64,000 nt of DNA. Origin: Acholeplasma sp. (lineage in GTDB: Bacteria; Bacillota_I; Bacilli_A; Acholeplasmatales; UBA5453). Below are positions 10,056-19,621 of the stretch, piece after piece. The position numbers and the translations under genes were made by a program. The notes under the pieces are model-generated. The model worked only from the letters and a program-made list of their open reading frames with translations, did no database searches and was not told where the DNA came from. How positions within the stretch are numbered: position 1 is the stretch's first letter; every line of letters starts with the position of its first letter. Location of the stretch: the NCBI GenBank assembly GCA_036677365.1, contig JAVBWN010000006.1:8919-72918 (forward strand), read 5' to 3'.

Positions 10056-11369
10056 ATGTTCAAATACTTCCCGCATACTGAGCAAGACATCCAAGAGATG
10101 CTCGATAAAATTGGGGTTCAATCGATCGATGAGCTTTTTTTAGACTTACCTAAAAAGTTTCAATCCAAACCCGATTATCAAGTACCGCTTGCGAAAAGTG
10201 AAATTGAGCTCAGAAACCATTTCAAGGGGTTATCGGGTAAAAACCGAGAACTCATCATTTTTAGAGGGGCAGGGGCGTATGACCACTATACACCTTCGGT
10301 CATCCCAGCCATCATTTCAAGAGAAGAATTTTTAACGGCCTATACACCATATCAACCGGAGATTGCTCAAGGTACACTTCAATACATCTTTGAATTCCAA
10401 AGCATGATTACAGACCTTACGGGGATGGATGTTTCAAACGCATCGATGTACGATGGTCCGACCGCGACCGCTGAAGCGATGTTTATGGCCACCTCTCAAA
10501 CCAGAAAAAATAAGATTGTACTTTCCGATAACGTCAATCCGAATGTGATTGATGTTGTTAAGACCTATGCATTATACCGTGGTATTGAAGTCTTGATTAT
10601 CCCTTCTAAAGCCGGTTTGGTCGACAGAACTTTATTGGATGTAGCGCTTGAAAACGCTGCTGGATTCATCGGTCAAGTGCCAAACTATTTTGGTTTGGTT
10701 GAAAACTTGACAGATGTTTCTGAAAAGGTTCAATCCAAGGGTGGTATTATGATCATCAATGCAGACCCTCAAGTCTTAGAGACCATTGACTCACCAAGAA
10801 AAATGAAAGCAGATATCGCGTGCGGCGAATGCCAAAGTTTAGGTATCCCACTATCATATGGTGGCGCATACGTTGGTTATTTAGGCACCACAGAAAAACT
10901 ATTACGCAAGATGCCTGGCCGTATTTGTGGGGTCACCACCGATGTCGATGGCAAACGTGCGTTTGTATTAACCCTTCAAGCCAGAGAACAACATATTCGA
11001 AGAGAAAAAGCGAATTCCAACATTTGTTCCAACCAATCCTTGATGGCATTATGGACCACCATCTATATGTCCACCATGGGCAAACGAGGCTTAAAAGAAG
11101 TGGTGGCACAGTGTTATCAAAATAGCCACTACCTACAAGAACAACTTGTGAAAACAGGTAAATTCAAACCGGTGCACTCAGGCTTTTTCATCAAAGAATT
11201 CTTATTAGAAGCGTCCTTTGATTTAAAAGCGTTTGAACAAAAGTGCATTCAAAAAGGCATTTTACCTGGTTTAATCATCGATGACAAATACATGTTATTC
11301 GCAGTGACTGAAAAACGTACGAAAGAAGAAATGGATCAACTCGTTGAACTCGTCGGAGGTGCAAAATGA
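10056..11369 (+). CDS. gcvPA: Glycine dehydrogenase subunit 1 (P protein alpha)
   Basis: TAYTPYQPEIAQG, NASMYDG, TLQAREQHIRREKANSNIC. Confidence 0.97.
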   Translation: MFKYFPHTEQDIQEMLDKIGVQSIDELFLDLPKKFQSKPDYQVPLAKSEIELRNHFKGLSGKNRELIIFRGAGAYDHYTPSVIPAIISREEFLTAYTPYQPEIAQGTLQYIFEFQSMITDLTGMDVSNASMYDGPTATAEAMFMATSQTRKNKIVLSDNVNPNVIDVVKTYALYRGIEVLIIPSKAGLVDRTLLDVALENAAGFIGQVPNYFGLVENLTDVSEKVQSKGGIMIINADPQVLETIDSPRKMKADIACGECQSLGIPLSYGGAYVGYLGTTEKLLRKMPGRICGVTTDVDGKRAFVLTLQAREQHIRREKANSNICSNQSLMALWTTIYMSTMGKRGLKEVVAQCYQNSHYLQEQLVKTGKFKPVHSGFFIKEFLLEASFDLKAFEQKCIQKGILPGLIIDDKYMLFAVTEKRTKEEMDQLVELVGGAK

Positions 11370-12823
11370 AAGCATACGACCAATTGATTTTTGAAATCAG
11401 CAAACCTGGACGTGTCGGTTATTCTTTACCAAAAAACAATTTGCCTTACGACATAACAAAAGATATCCCACAAAACCTCAAAAGAAGCGATGAAACCTTA
11501 TTACCAAGTGTCTCAGAACTGGATCTAGTCAGACATTATTCCAATGTGTCAAGAAAGAACTTTGGGATCGAAACAGGGTTCTATCCACTCGGGTCTTGTA
11601 CAATGAAGTATAACCCAAAAATCAACGAAGAAATCGCTGCGTTACCAGGATTAAGAAACATCCATCCACTCCAACCCATGGATACAGCTCAAGGCTCATT
11701 AGAAATCTATTATGAGACCGCACGTATGTTATCCGAACTCTCAGGGATGGCTAGTTTCTCCTTAAACCCATTCGCGGGTGCTCAAGGTGAACTCGCTGGC
11801 CTCATGATCATGAAAGCCTACCATCACCATAAAGGTAACCTGCATAAAACCAAAGTCATCGTGCCAGACTCTGCACACGGGACCAACCCAGCCTCCGCGA
11901 CGGTTGCTGGTTTTGACATCATCGAAGTCAAATCCAATAAAGATGGTACAGTCAATATCAAAGCTTTAAAAGAAGCCTTAAGTGATGAGGTTGCAGGGAT
12001 CATGCTCACCAACCCGAACACCTTAGGTATCTTTGAAAAAGACATCTTAAAGATTTCAAAACTCATTCACAGTGTGGACGGGTTACTCTATTATGATGGC
12101 GCGAACTTAAACGCTTTATTGGGTCGTGCACGTCCAGGCGACATGGGCTTTGACATCATCCACATCAATTTACATAAGACGTTCTCTACCCCACATGGTG
12201 GCGGTGGTCCAGGGTCTGGGCCAGTCGGTGTTTGTAAGAAGTTAGTCGATTTCTTACCGAGCCCTCAGGTCTACAAACGAAGAAACAAATTCGTCCTTGA
12301 ACAACCTATCCATACCATTGGTCATGTTTCAGGTTTCTTAGGTAACTTCAGTGTCATCATCAAAGCTTATAGTTTCATGTTAACTTTAGGAAAGGAAAAC
12401 CTATCTAAAGTGGGTGAACTATCGGTATTGAACGCGAACTATCTCAAAGAGTCTTTGAAAGAAGACTATTATCTGCCAATCCAAGGCTTGTGCAAACATG
12501 AAGTCGTTTTTGATGGCTTGGTGGATAAATCCACTGGGGTAACCACATTGGATGTTGCGAAAAGATTGCTAGACTTCGGGATGCACCCACCTACGATTTA
12601 TTTCCCACTCGTGTTCCATCAAGCCTTGATGATTGAGCCGGTTGAAAATGAATCTAAAGAAACGCTAGACCAATTTGTGAGCGTCATGAAACAAATCGCA
12701 TTTGAAGCGAAAAATGACCCTGAAAAAGTCAAACATGCCCCATATACCACCGTCGTTCGTCGTTTAGATGAAGTTTCGGCGGCACGTAACCCAAGGGTAA
12801 AATACAAAGATTTATTGAAATAA
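11366..12823 (+). CDS. gcvPB: Glycine dehydrogenase subunit 2 (P protein beta)
   Basis: PLGSCTMKYNP, PDSAHGTNPASA, PLP motif NLHKTFSTPHGGGGPG. Confidence 0.97.
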   Translation: MKAYDQLIFEISKPGRVGYSLPKNNLPYDITKDIPQNLKRSDETLLPSVSELDLVRHYSNVSRKNFGIETGFYPLGSCTMKYNPKINEEIAALPGLRNIHPLQPMDTAQGSLEIYYETARMLSELSGMASFSLNPFAGAQGELAGLMIMKAYHHHKGNLHKTKVIVPDSAHGTNPASATVAGFDIIEVKSNKDGTVNIKALKEALSDEVAGIMLTNPNTLGIFEKDILKISKLIHSVDGLLYYDGANLNALLGRARPGDMGFDIIHINLHKTFSTPHGGGGPGSGPVGVCKKLVDFLPSPQVYKRRNKFVLEQPIHTIGHVSGFLGNFSVIIKAYSFMLTLGKENLSKVGELSVLNANYLKESLKEDYYLPIQGLCKHEVVFDGLVDKSTGVTTLDVAKRLLDFGMHPPTIYFPLVFHQALMIEPVENESKETLDQFVSVMKQIAFEAKNDPEKVKHAPYTTVVRRLDEVSAARNPRVKYKDLLK

Positions 12824-12827
12824 TAAC

Positions 12828-12862
12828 AAAAACAGTTCACCGCGGTGAACTGTTTATTTTTT
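12828..12862. terminator. Bidirectional terminator between convergent gcvPB and PfpI genes
   Basis: Perfect 26-bp palindrome AAACAGTTCACCGCGGTGAACTGTTT (12830-12855) with A and T flanks. Confidence 0.85.
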
Positions 12863-13367
12863 AACCCAACTTTTCGATGATTGCCTTTGTAAAATCTGGT
12901 AAATCAGCTGGGGTTCTTGAAGTGATCAAATGACCATCAACCACGACCGATTGATCGAGATAAGTCGCACCTGCGTTTTCAATATCTACGCGAATTGAAT
13001 GGAAACCGGTTAGGTTTTTGCCTTTAAGATTACATGCTGAAATCATCAACCATGGGCCATGACAGATGGATGCGACCACTTTTTGTTGTTGATCAATAGA
13101 TCTTACAAAATCAATCGTTGCTGGACAACGACGCATGTAATCGGGTGAAAATCCACCAGGGATGATGACACCGTCGTAATCCAATGGAGATACATCTTTA
13201 CTTGCATAATCACTCTTCAAAGGCATGCCGAATTTACTTTTATACGTGTTGTTGGCAACTGAACCAATCAAATCCACCTGAAATCCAGCCTCCTGCAACC
13301 GGTAATAAGGATAAATGAGTTCTTTATCATCGTATAAATCTTCTATCAATATCGCAATTCTTCTCAA
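12861..13367 (-). CDS. DJ-1/PfpI family cysteine protease/deglycase
   Basis: YDDKEL, DGVIIPGG, nucleophile motif ICHGPW, TSRTPADL; TTG start at 13367 behind RBS GAGGTG. Confidence 0.92.
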   Translation of the reverse strand: MRRIAILIEDLYDDKELIYPYYRLQEAGFQVDLIGSVANNTYKSKFGMPLKSDYASKDVSPLDYDGVIIPGGFSPDYMRRCPATIDFVRSIDQQQKVVASICHGPWLMISACNLKGKNLTGFHSIRVDIENAGATYLDQSVVVDGHLITSRTPADLPDFTKAIIEKLG

Positions 13368-13505
13368 AATAAAACACCTCTTTCGTAGCCACATTATAAC
13401 AAAGTTTATGTTTATTTTTTAGGCGAATGCTTGATAATATTACTAACATCAAGTACGGCAAAATGAGTCTAATCATTGTATAATGGAGGTAAAGGTGGTG
13501 GAATC

Positions 13506-14231
13506 ATGGACTTAAACAAAACGGAATGGCGTTCATCGGATCGAAGCATGTTATTAGCCTATTTGAAATCATTTGAACAAGCAAATAAAGTTGATTGGTC
13601 AAGACGCATTCTCAACACAAAAATGCCGCTATTAGCCATGCCAACCAAAACCATCGATCAAATGGCTAAAGAGATCCACAAAGGTAATTTCCTATCATTT
13701 TTAGATTTACACATCGATGATTATTATGAATCCATCGCCATTCAAGGCAAACTCATCTGTAAAATCAAAGACTTTGATGTGATGAGACGGTATTTAGATC
13801 GATACGCCACGGTGATGGAAAACTGGGCACATGTCGATCTGTTGTCATTTGATATTAACCAGAATAATCAAACCCAGTTTATCGATTTAGCTCACACATA
13901 CAGAACCTCAACTCAACCATTCATCCGTAGACTCAGTTTGATGATTCTATTTCAAATGGTGAAAGACCCTCAAATATTACCAACCATTTATAATTCAATC
14001 GAAGCTTTGAAAGATGAAGATGAGTATTATGTCATCATGATGGCAGGGTGGTTGTTATCGGAATGCATCATTCAACACAAAACACCAACGCTATCATTCA
14101 TTCAACATAAAGAGCTAAACCCGAAAATTGTCAATAAAGGCATTCAAAAATGCCGTGAAAGTCTACGATTATCCAAAGCAGAAAAAGACGAACTTCTCAT
14201 ATATAAGCGACAAAAAAGCCGCCAACGTTAA
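13506..14231 (+). CDS. DNA alkylation repair protein (AlkD-like HEAT-repeat)
   Basis: ENWAHVD, EYYVIMMAGWLLSE and NKGIQKCRES motifs typical of the family. Confidence 0.78.
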   Translation: MDLNKTEWRSSDRSMLLAYLKSFEQANKVDWSRRILNTKMPLLAMPTKTIDQMAKEIHKGNFLSFLDLHIDDYYESIAIQGKLICKIKDFDVMRRYLDRYATVMENWAHVDLLSFDINQNNQTQFIDLAHTYRTSTQPFIRRLSLMILFQMVKDPQILPTIYNSIEALKDEDEYYVIMMAGWLLSECIIQHKTPTLSFIQHKELNPKIVNKGIQKCRESLRLSKAEKDELLIYKRQKSRQR

Positions 14232-14245
14232 AAAGTTGGTGGCTT
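14216..14245. terminator. Bidirectional terminator between convergent AlkD-like gene and ald
   Basis: AAGCCGCCAAC-loop-GTTGGTGGCTT stem. Confidence 0.6.
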
Positions 14246-14250
14246 CATCA

Positions 14251-15333
14251 TTATTTGTTTTCGAATAGTTTGATTAAGGTTGGGTAAACGCCAATACCAT
14301 CACGGGTTTGTAAACCACTGTGAATGACTGGGTTTAATAACGCTTGGTCAATACCTTTGTTGGCAATTTCTAGACCATATCTTAAGGTTGCGTTATTGAG
14401 GGCGATTGAAGATGTTTTTGGTACAGACCCGGGCATATTCGCTACCCCATAGAATAACACATGACCCACTTTGTAAATTGGGTTATCGTGGTAAGTGACC
14501 TTAGAGAAATTGGAAATACCACCTTGGTCAATCGCGACGTCTACGATGATGGCACCTGGTTTCATTAAGTCTAGGTATTCATCTTTGATGAGTTTAGGTG
14601 CGGCGTCACCTGGGATTAACACAGCCCCAATGACAACATCGGCTTCAACGATCGATTTCTTTAAGTTTTCTTGGTTCGAATAGAGGGTGTGTACTTTATT
14701 GTGGTATAAATCTTCTAAGTAACCTAAACGCTTCGTATCAATATCAAGGACTGTGACATTGGCTTCCATACCAACAGCCATACGGCACGCACTTTGGCCA
14801 ACGATACCAGCACCAATGATGGTGACTTTCGCTCTTGGTGTGCCAGGAAGACCAGACATCAAGACCCCAGTACCACCAAAGAAGGCTTCAGAATATTTCG
14901 CCCCTTCAATGACCGATAGTCTACCAGCTACCATGCTCATGGGTTCAAGACATGGGAGTGTTTTTTGATATTCCATGGTTTCATAAGCCACGGATAAAAC
15001 TTTCTTTTCTTTCAATGCTTGATACAATGGTTCGTTTGAAGCTAGGTGTAAATAAGTGTATAAAATCAGGTTTTCTTTAAAAAGGGCATACTCTGATTCT
15101 AGGGGTTCTTTGACTTTTACAATCATATCGCTTCTTGACCAAACCGATTTCGCATCTGAAACCATTTCACAGCCCAAAGCTACATATTGTTCATCTGCGA
15201 AACCAGAACCCAAACCCGCCCCTTTTTCAATCAAAACGGTATGACCGCTTCTGACATACTCTGACGCTGCATTTGGGGTTAAACCAACTCTAAATTCATA
15301 TTTTTTAATTTCTTTGACACATCCGATAATCAT
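14251..15333 (-). CDS. ald: Alanine dehydrogenase
   Basis: IGCVKEIKKYEFRV, VKVKEP, YTYLHLA, GAGIVG, DVAIDQGG, VANMPGSVP. Confidence 0.96.
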   Translation of the reverse strand: MIIGCVKEIKKYEFRVGLTPNAASEYVRSGHTVLIEKGAGLGSGFADEQYVALGCEMVSDAKSVWSRSDMIVKVKEPLESEYALFKENLILYTYLHLASNEPLYQALKEKKVLSVAYETMEYQKTLPCLEPMSMVAGRLSVIEGAKYSEAFFGGTGVLMSGLPGTPRAKVTIIGAGIVGQSACRMAVGMEANVTVLDIDTKRLGYLEDLYHNKVHTLYSNQENLKKSIVEADVVIGAVLIPGDAAPKLIKDEYLDLMKPGAIIVDVAIDQGGISNFSKVTYHDNPIYKVGHVLFYGVANMPGSVPKTSSIALNNATLRYGLEIANKGIDQALLNPVIHSGLQTRDGIGVYPTLIKLFENK

Positions 15334-15437
15334 AGGCTCACCTCTACAACTATTTTAACATAAGCCAAGCCGCTTGATGCAAAATTTCATTGAAAAATGT
15401 AAGCCTTATGCTAAACTAATAGAGGGAGGAATGACCA

Positions 15438-16310
15438 ATGCACTATAAAAAATCCATTTGTTATTCAGGGTATCGATTGAACCAAAGTCCAATCACGAAA
15501 GTTTACCCTTCAAAACAAGAAATACTCGAAGATTTACAAATACTCATTAAAGATGGGTATCAACAAATAAGGATGTATGACCCAGGCATGCATGCGAGAC
15601 TCACTTTAGAAGTGATCAAAGAACACAATTTACCCATCAAAGTCATGCAAGGCATGGACTTGGATGGCGAAGTCATCAATTACAACGTGGGTTGGGGTGA
15701 ACCGCTCAAAACCAAAGACATCATTCAAAACAAGAAGAATAACCTCAAACAACTCGATATGTTGATTGAGTTAGCGAATCAATACCCAGACATCATCAAT
15801 TATGTATCTGCTGGTAATGAAAACACCTCGGATTGGAATCCGAAAATGGTTGCTGTAGACACTTTAGCGAAATACATTCGCACCCTCAAAGAAAACATCA
15901 AACAACCTGTAACATTCTGTGAAGGGGTCTATTTTTGGAATAACCATGCCTTACCTTTAGTCAAAGAAGTGGACTTTGTTTCCATCCACATTTATCCGTT
16001 TTGGCTCAGAAAGCCACATGAAGAAGCGTTGGAAAATACATTCGCTGCGTACAATGCTACCAAAGAAAATATTAAAGATAAACCCATCATCATTACCGAA
16101 GCTGGTTGGCCAACCAAATCGAGTTTAGGCGATTATACATCGAATGCGTTCCACCGTACCTATGTCGATGGCCTAGAAGCTTGGGCTAAAAAGAACGACG
16201 TGTTGCTTTATATGTTTGAAGCTTTCGATGAACCATGGAAAGGTTCCGATAAACCAGATGAACCAGAAAAACACTGGGGCGTCTACGATTTGAACCGAAA
16301 TAAAAAGTAA
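15438..16310 (+). CDS. Glycoside hydrolase family 17 (beta-1,3-glucanase-like)
   Basis: CYSGYR, SAGNE and ITEAGWP catalytic Glu motifs, FEAFDEPWK, EKHWG. Confidence 0.85.
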   Translation: MHYKKSICYSGYRLNQSPITKVYPSKQEILEDLQILIKDGYQQIRMYDPGMHARLTLEVIKEHNLPIKVMQGMDLDGEVINYNVGWGEPLKTKDIIQNKKNNLKQLDMLIELANQYPDIINYVSAGNENTSDWNPKMVAVDTLAKYIRTLKENIKQPVTFCEGVYFWNNHALPLVKEVDFVSIHIYPFWLRKPHEEALENTFAAYNATKENIKDKPIIITEAGWPTKSSLGDYTSNAFHRTYVDGLEAWAKKNDVLLYMFEAFDEPWKGSDKPDEPEKHWGVYDLNRNKK

Positions 16311-16454
16311 ATTGTAAGCGTTTTTAAAAATAACGGCTATAATCATTGACAAACCAAGAAGACTGCGTTTTAATAGAGGTGTGAGTACAAAACCGATATT
16401 AAAAAATAGTCTTTTTCTTTTAGAAAAGAAAGACGGAAGGCAAGGGACAAGGCA

Positions 16455-17795
16455 TTGTTTAAAAGTGCGTATCTAGAGCGAGTGTTTAACGATGTACTTA
16501 AAAAGGACAACGGACAACCGGAATTCATTCAAGCGGTTGAAACGTTCTTTTTATCGATGGATGACATCATTTCGATGACACCGCAAATTGAGAAGTTTGG
16601 CATCATGGAGCGTTTGGTAGAACCTGAACGTCTAATCCATTTTAGAGTCACCTGGGTCGATGATCAAGGCATTACACGTGTCAATCGTGGTTATCGCGTC
16701 CAGTTTTCATCGGTATTAGGGCCTTACAAAGGCGGGTTGCGTTTCCACCCAACCGTTAACGCCTCCACGATGAAGTTTTTAGGTTTTGAACAAACATTCA
16801 AAAATGCTTTAACCGGCCTACCTATGGGTGGGGCGAAAGGGGGCAGTGATTTTTCATCGATTGGTAAATCCGATGGTGAAATCATGCGTTTTTGTCAAAA
16901 CTTTATGTTAGAACTCTACCGCCATATCGGTCCAGACACCGATGTTCCTGCAGGGGATATTGGTGTAGGTAACAAAGAAATCGGGTATCTTTATGGCATG
17001 TACAAAAAAATCCGTAATGAATCCACTGGGGTTATGACCGGTAAAGGTTTAACCTATGGTGGGTCATTGGTTAGAAAAGAAGCGACAGGGTATGGCTTAT
17101 GTTATTTCGTTTCTGAAATGCTTAAAACATACCGTTCAGACCGTATCGACGATAAACGCGTCATCATCTCAGGTTCAGGTAAAGTCGGCTTATACGCAGC
17201 GATTAAAGCCCATGAACTGGGGGCGATTGTGGTTGGGATGTCCGACATCAATGGGTATATTCACGATCCAAATGGTTTGAAGATGGACATCGTAACCGAA
17301 CTTGCCAGCAATGGAGAACTCGCCTTAAGGTATCATGAAAAAACCGGTTGTGAATACGGTAAAGACCCAAGAGACTTGTGGCAAGTCCCTTGTGACATCG
17401 CGATGCCATGTGCGATTCAAAATGAACTCGATTTGGAATCCGCGAAAGCTTTGGTTGCCCACGGTTGTTACCTAGTGGCAGAAGGCGCGAACATGCCGTG
17501 TACATTAGAAGCTGAAAAGTATTTTACAGAACATCAAATTCTATTCGCCCCAGGTAAAGCAGCGAATGCAGGTGGGGTTGCAGTATCACTGTTTGAAATG
17601 AGCCAAAATGCGATGCATTACCCTTGGCCTTACGATGAAGTCGATGATAAACTCAAAGGCATCATGAAAGAAATATTCTTTAAATGTTATACCGCTGCAC
17701 GCAAATACAAGAACCCTTATGACCTCATCAGTGGCGCGAATATCGCTGCCTTCCTTCGTGTCTATGAAGCGATGATGGACCAAGGCATTCAATAA
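16455..17795 (+). CDS. gdhA: NADP-specific glutamate dehydrogenase
   Basis: GPYKGGLRFHP, GGAKGG, DVPAGDIGVG, EATGYG, AEGAN, KAANAGGV. Confidence 0.97.
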   Translation: MFKSAYLERVFNDVLKKDNGQPEFIQAVETFFLSMDDIISMTPQIEKFGIMERLVEPERLIHFRVTWVDDQGITRVNRGYRVQFSSVLGPYKGGLRFHPTVNASTMKFLGFEQTFKNALTGLPMGGAKGGSDFSSIGKSDGEIMRFCQNFMLELYRHIGPDTDVPAGDIGVGNKEIGYLYGMYKKIRNESTGVMTGKGLTYGGSLVRKEATGYGLCYFVSEMLKTYRSDRIDDKRVIISGSGKVGLYAAIKAHELGAIVVGMSDINGYIHDPNGLKMDIVTELASNGELALRYHEKTGCEYGKDPRDLWQVPCDIAMPCAIQNELDLESAKALVAHGCYLVAEGANMPCTLEAEKYFTEHQILFAPGKAANAGGVAVSLFEMSQNAMHYPWPYDEVDDKLKGIMKEIFFKCYTAARKYKNPYDLISGANIAAFLRVYEAMMDQGIQ

Positions 17796-17802
17796 TACAT
17801 TC

Positions 17803-17832
17803 AACCGTACCTTAACAAAAGGTACGGTTTTT
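17803..17832 (+). terminator. Rho-independent terminator of gdhA
   Basis: AACCGTACCTT-AACAA-AAGGTACGGTT plus T run. Confidence 0.85.
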
Positions 17833-17853
17833 GCCAATAATAGGAGACAGATA

Positions 17854-17889
17854 TTGACACAAAAATCTCATCATGATATGATAGTGTCA
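17854..17889 (+). promoter_or_regulatory. Sigma70-type promoter of the kinase pair with a flanking inverted repeat
   Basis: TTGACA(17854)-17 nt-TATGAT(17877); TGACAC(17855)-N23-GTGTCA(17884). Confidence 0.7.
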
Positions 17890-17913
17890 TAATATAGAAA
17901 CGGATGTGGCACG

Positions 17914-18774
17914 ATGATTGATTACTCAGTATACCCTAAAAATAATCGAATATATACTGGATCAGAAGAAAAATTCGGTATTACGATTGATGATGAATAT
18001 TTTATTGTCAAGTTCCAAAAGAATTCAGAAAATGGGTTATTAAACAATCATATTTCAGAACACTTAGGCTCTATGATATTTAGTCTTGCAGGTGAAAATG
18101 TTCAATGGACGAGACTTGGTTTGTATCAACAGCGACCTATTGTATTGTGTAAAGATTTCAACAATACGGGAAGTATATTCACTCCTTTCAATGGTGTAGG
18201 GGAGTCTTCACTAGATAGAGATAAAGAAATGTATCAATATGATTATCAAGACATTGTTAGAATGTTACAAGATAATATAAAAATTACACAAGTTTCTACA
18301 GTAATTGAAAAGTTTTGGAATATGTTTATTATAGATGCTTTGATTGGTAATTTTGATAGACATGGCGCAAACTGGGGTTTTATCAAAAAAGATAATCAGT
18401 ACACCATGGCACCCATATTTGATAATGGATCATCACTGTTTCCAAGACGTAATACTGAACAATTGATGCTTGAAGCCATGAATGATTCTACAGTACTTCA
18501 TCATATGACATTTAAGTATCCAACATCACAAATTAAAATAAACCATAAGAAATCCTCATATTTTGAAGTTATAAACAGCTTAAAATTTGAAGCTTGCAAT
18601 GAAGCACTTATTAGAATGTATCCTAAAATTAATCTTGATCAAATTTGTAGTTTTATCGATGGAGAAGAGATGCTCACAACGATTCAAAAAAAGTTTTATA
18701 AGTTTATTATACAGCATCGATACAAACACATCATCAAAGCATCCTATGAAAGGTTGGTTAATCAACATGAATGA
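17914..18774 (+). CDS. HipA-like (CtkA-type) Ser/Thr kinase
   Basis: IVKF lysine, SEHLGS, CKDF, catalytic loop DALIGNFDRHGANWGF, APIFDNGSSL. Confidence 0.85.
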   Translation: MIDYSVYPKNNRIYTGSEEKFGITIDDEYFIVKFQKNSENGLLNNHISEHLGSMIFSLAGENVQWTRLGLYQQRPIVLCKDFNNTGSIFTPFNGVGESSLDRDKEMYQYDYQDIVRMLQDNIKITQVSTVIEKFWNMFIIDALIGNFDRHGANWGFIKKDNQYTMAPIFDNGSSLFPRRNTEQLMLEAMNDSTVLHHMTFKYPTSQIKINHKKSSYFEVINSLKFEACNEALIRMYPKINLDQICSFIDGEEMLTTIQKKFYKFIIQHRYKHIIKASYERLVNQHE

Positions 18775-19540
18775 CTTAAATTCACCAATTCAACACATGA
18801 CAAGTATTTATCACAATGAAGGATATATCACATACCAATGGAAGAAAGTGTATTTTAAGATTGCAAAACTGACATATGAATTGTTTCCTGATGAATCGTT
18901 TCAATACATATTTGAACCCTATTATGATGTTTTAGACGCAATTGATGGTTTAGAAATACCAGGTATAGATTTGACACTTAGACAGCAGGCATATTATCGT
19001 GTTAATGTGACACCTGTTTTTGTTTCTGAGCGCATAACGCCTAAGAATAGAGTGAATCTTATTGAAGAGTTAAAAGAATACAATTTGGATTATCATCAAC
19101 CATTTCTATTATTGCTAGATGCGCACAAACAGTACGGCGGAGACCATTTGTCTCTAAAAAGTGATACATTTTATTTAAACTTGGAAAATAATCATATGGA
19201 TGAGAACGATTTATATAAATTAATACCAAAGACACTGCAAACCTTAGCAAGTAGATCAAACTTTATTTTGGGCAGTATTATTGTGAATAGCGTTAATCGA
19301 ACCATTCTCATCAAAAACTATTGTCATTTATACGAAAAAGTGTCCCACTATTATCAAAATAAAATAAAAAGAAACCGTGGTAGAGCCAAACAATCGGTAC
19401 CCTTCATTATGCTCGAAGAAACCCAAAAACTGTACACTAATGGGGTAATCACATTAGAAGAGGCCGTTAAACAGAGTGGGTTATCATCAAAACGCACTTA
19501 TTATCGTAGAGTGAAAGAAATGAAAGAAAAGGAAAAATAG
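18767..19540 (+). CDS. Kinase-associated protein: probable HipA-N/HipS-like domain plus C-terminal resolvase-type HTH
   Basis: ATG 18767 overlaps the kinase stop; PVFVSERITPKNR...YGGDHLSL segment; C-terminal GRAK...ITLEEAVKQSGLSSKRTYYRRVKE. Confidence 0.55.
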   Translation: MNDLNSPIQHMTSIYHNEGYITYQWKKVYFKIAKLTYELFPDESFQYIFEPYYDVLDAIDGLEIPGIDLTLRQQAYYRVNVTPVFVSERITPKNRVNLIEELKEYNLDYHQPFLLLLDAHKQYGGDHLSLKSDTFYLNLENNHMDENDLYKLIPKTLQTLASRSNFILGSIIVNSVNRTILIKNYCHLYEKVSHYYQNKIKRNRGRAKQSVPFIMLEETQKLYTNGVITLEEAVKQSGLSSKRTYYRRVKEMKEKEK

Positions 19541-19621
19541 AATCCTTCCAATTCATAAAAAACAGACATAGTTTATGTAGTAAAATATGTTACAATACTT
19601 TTATTGAGAGGAGCGATTTCG

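Noticed and set aside
7608-12823. Glycine cleavage operon lacking the L protein as a novelty
   Set aside because: Sharing dihydrolipoamide dehydrogenase with the pyruvate dehydrogenase locus is common in Firmicutes
7564-16324. cre/LacI-like sites (AAAGCGCTTT 7565, TGTAAGCCTT 15398, TGTAAGCGTTTT 16313)
   Set aside because: Partial matches only, could arise by chance, and no cognate regulator in the window
18587-18766. N-terminal 60 codons of tracked ORF 18587-19540
   Set aside because: Overlaps the kinase in another frame; ATG 18767 at the kinase stop is the more plausible start
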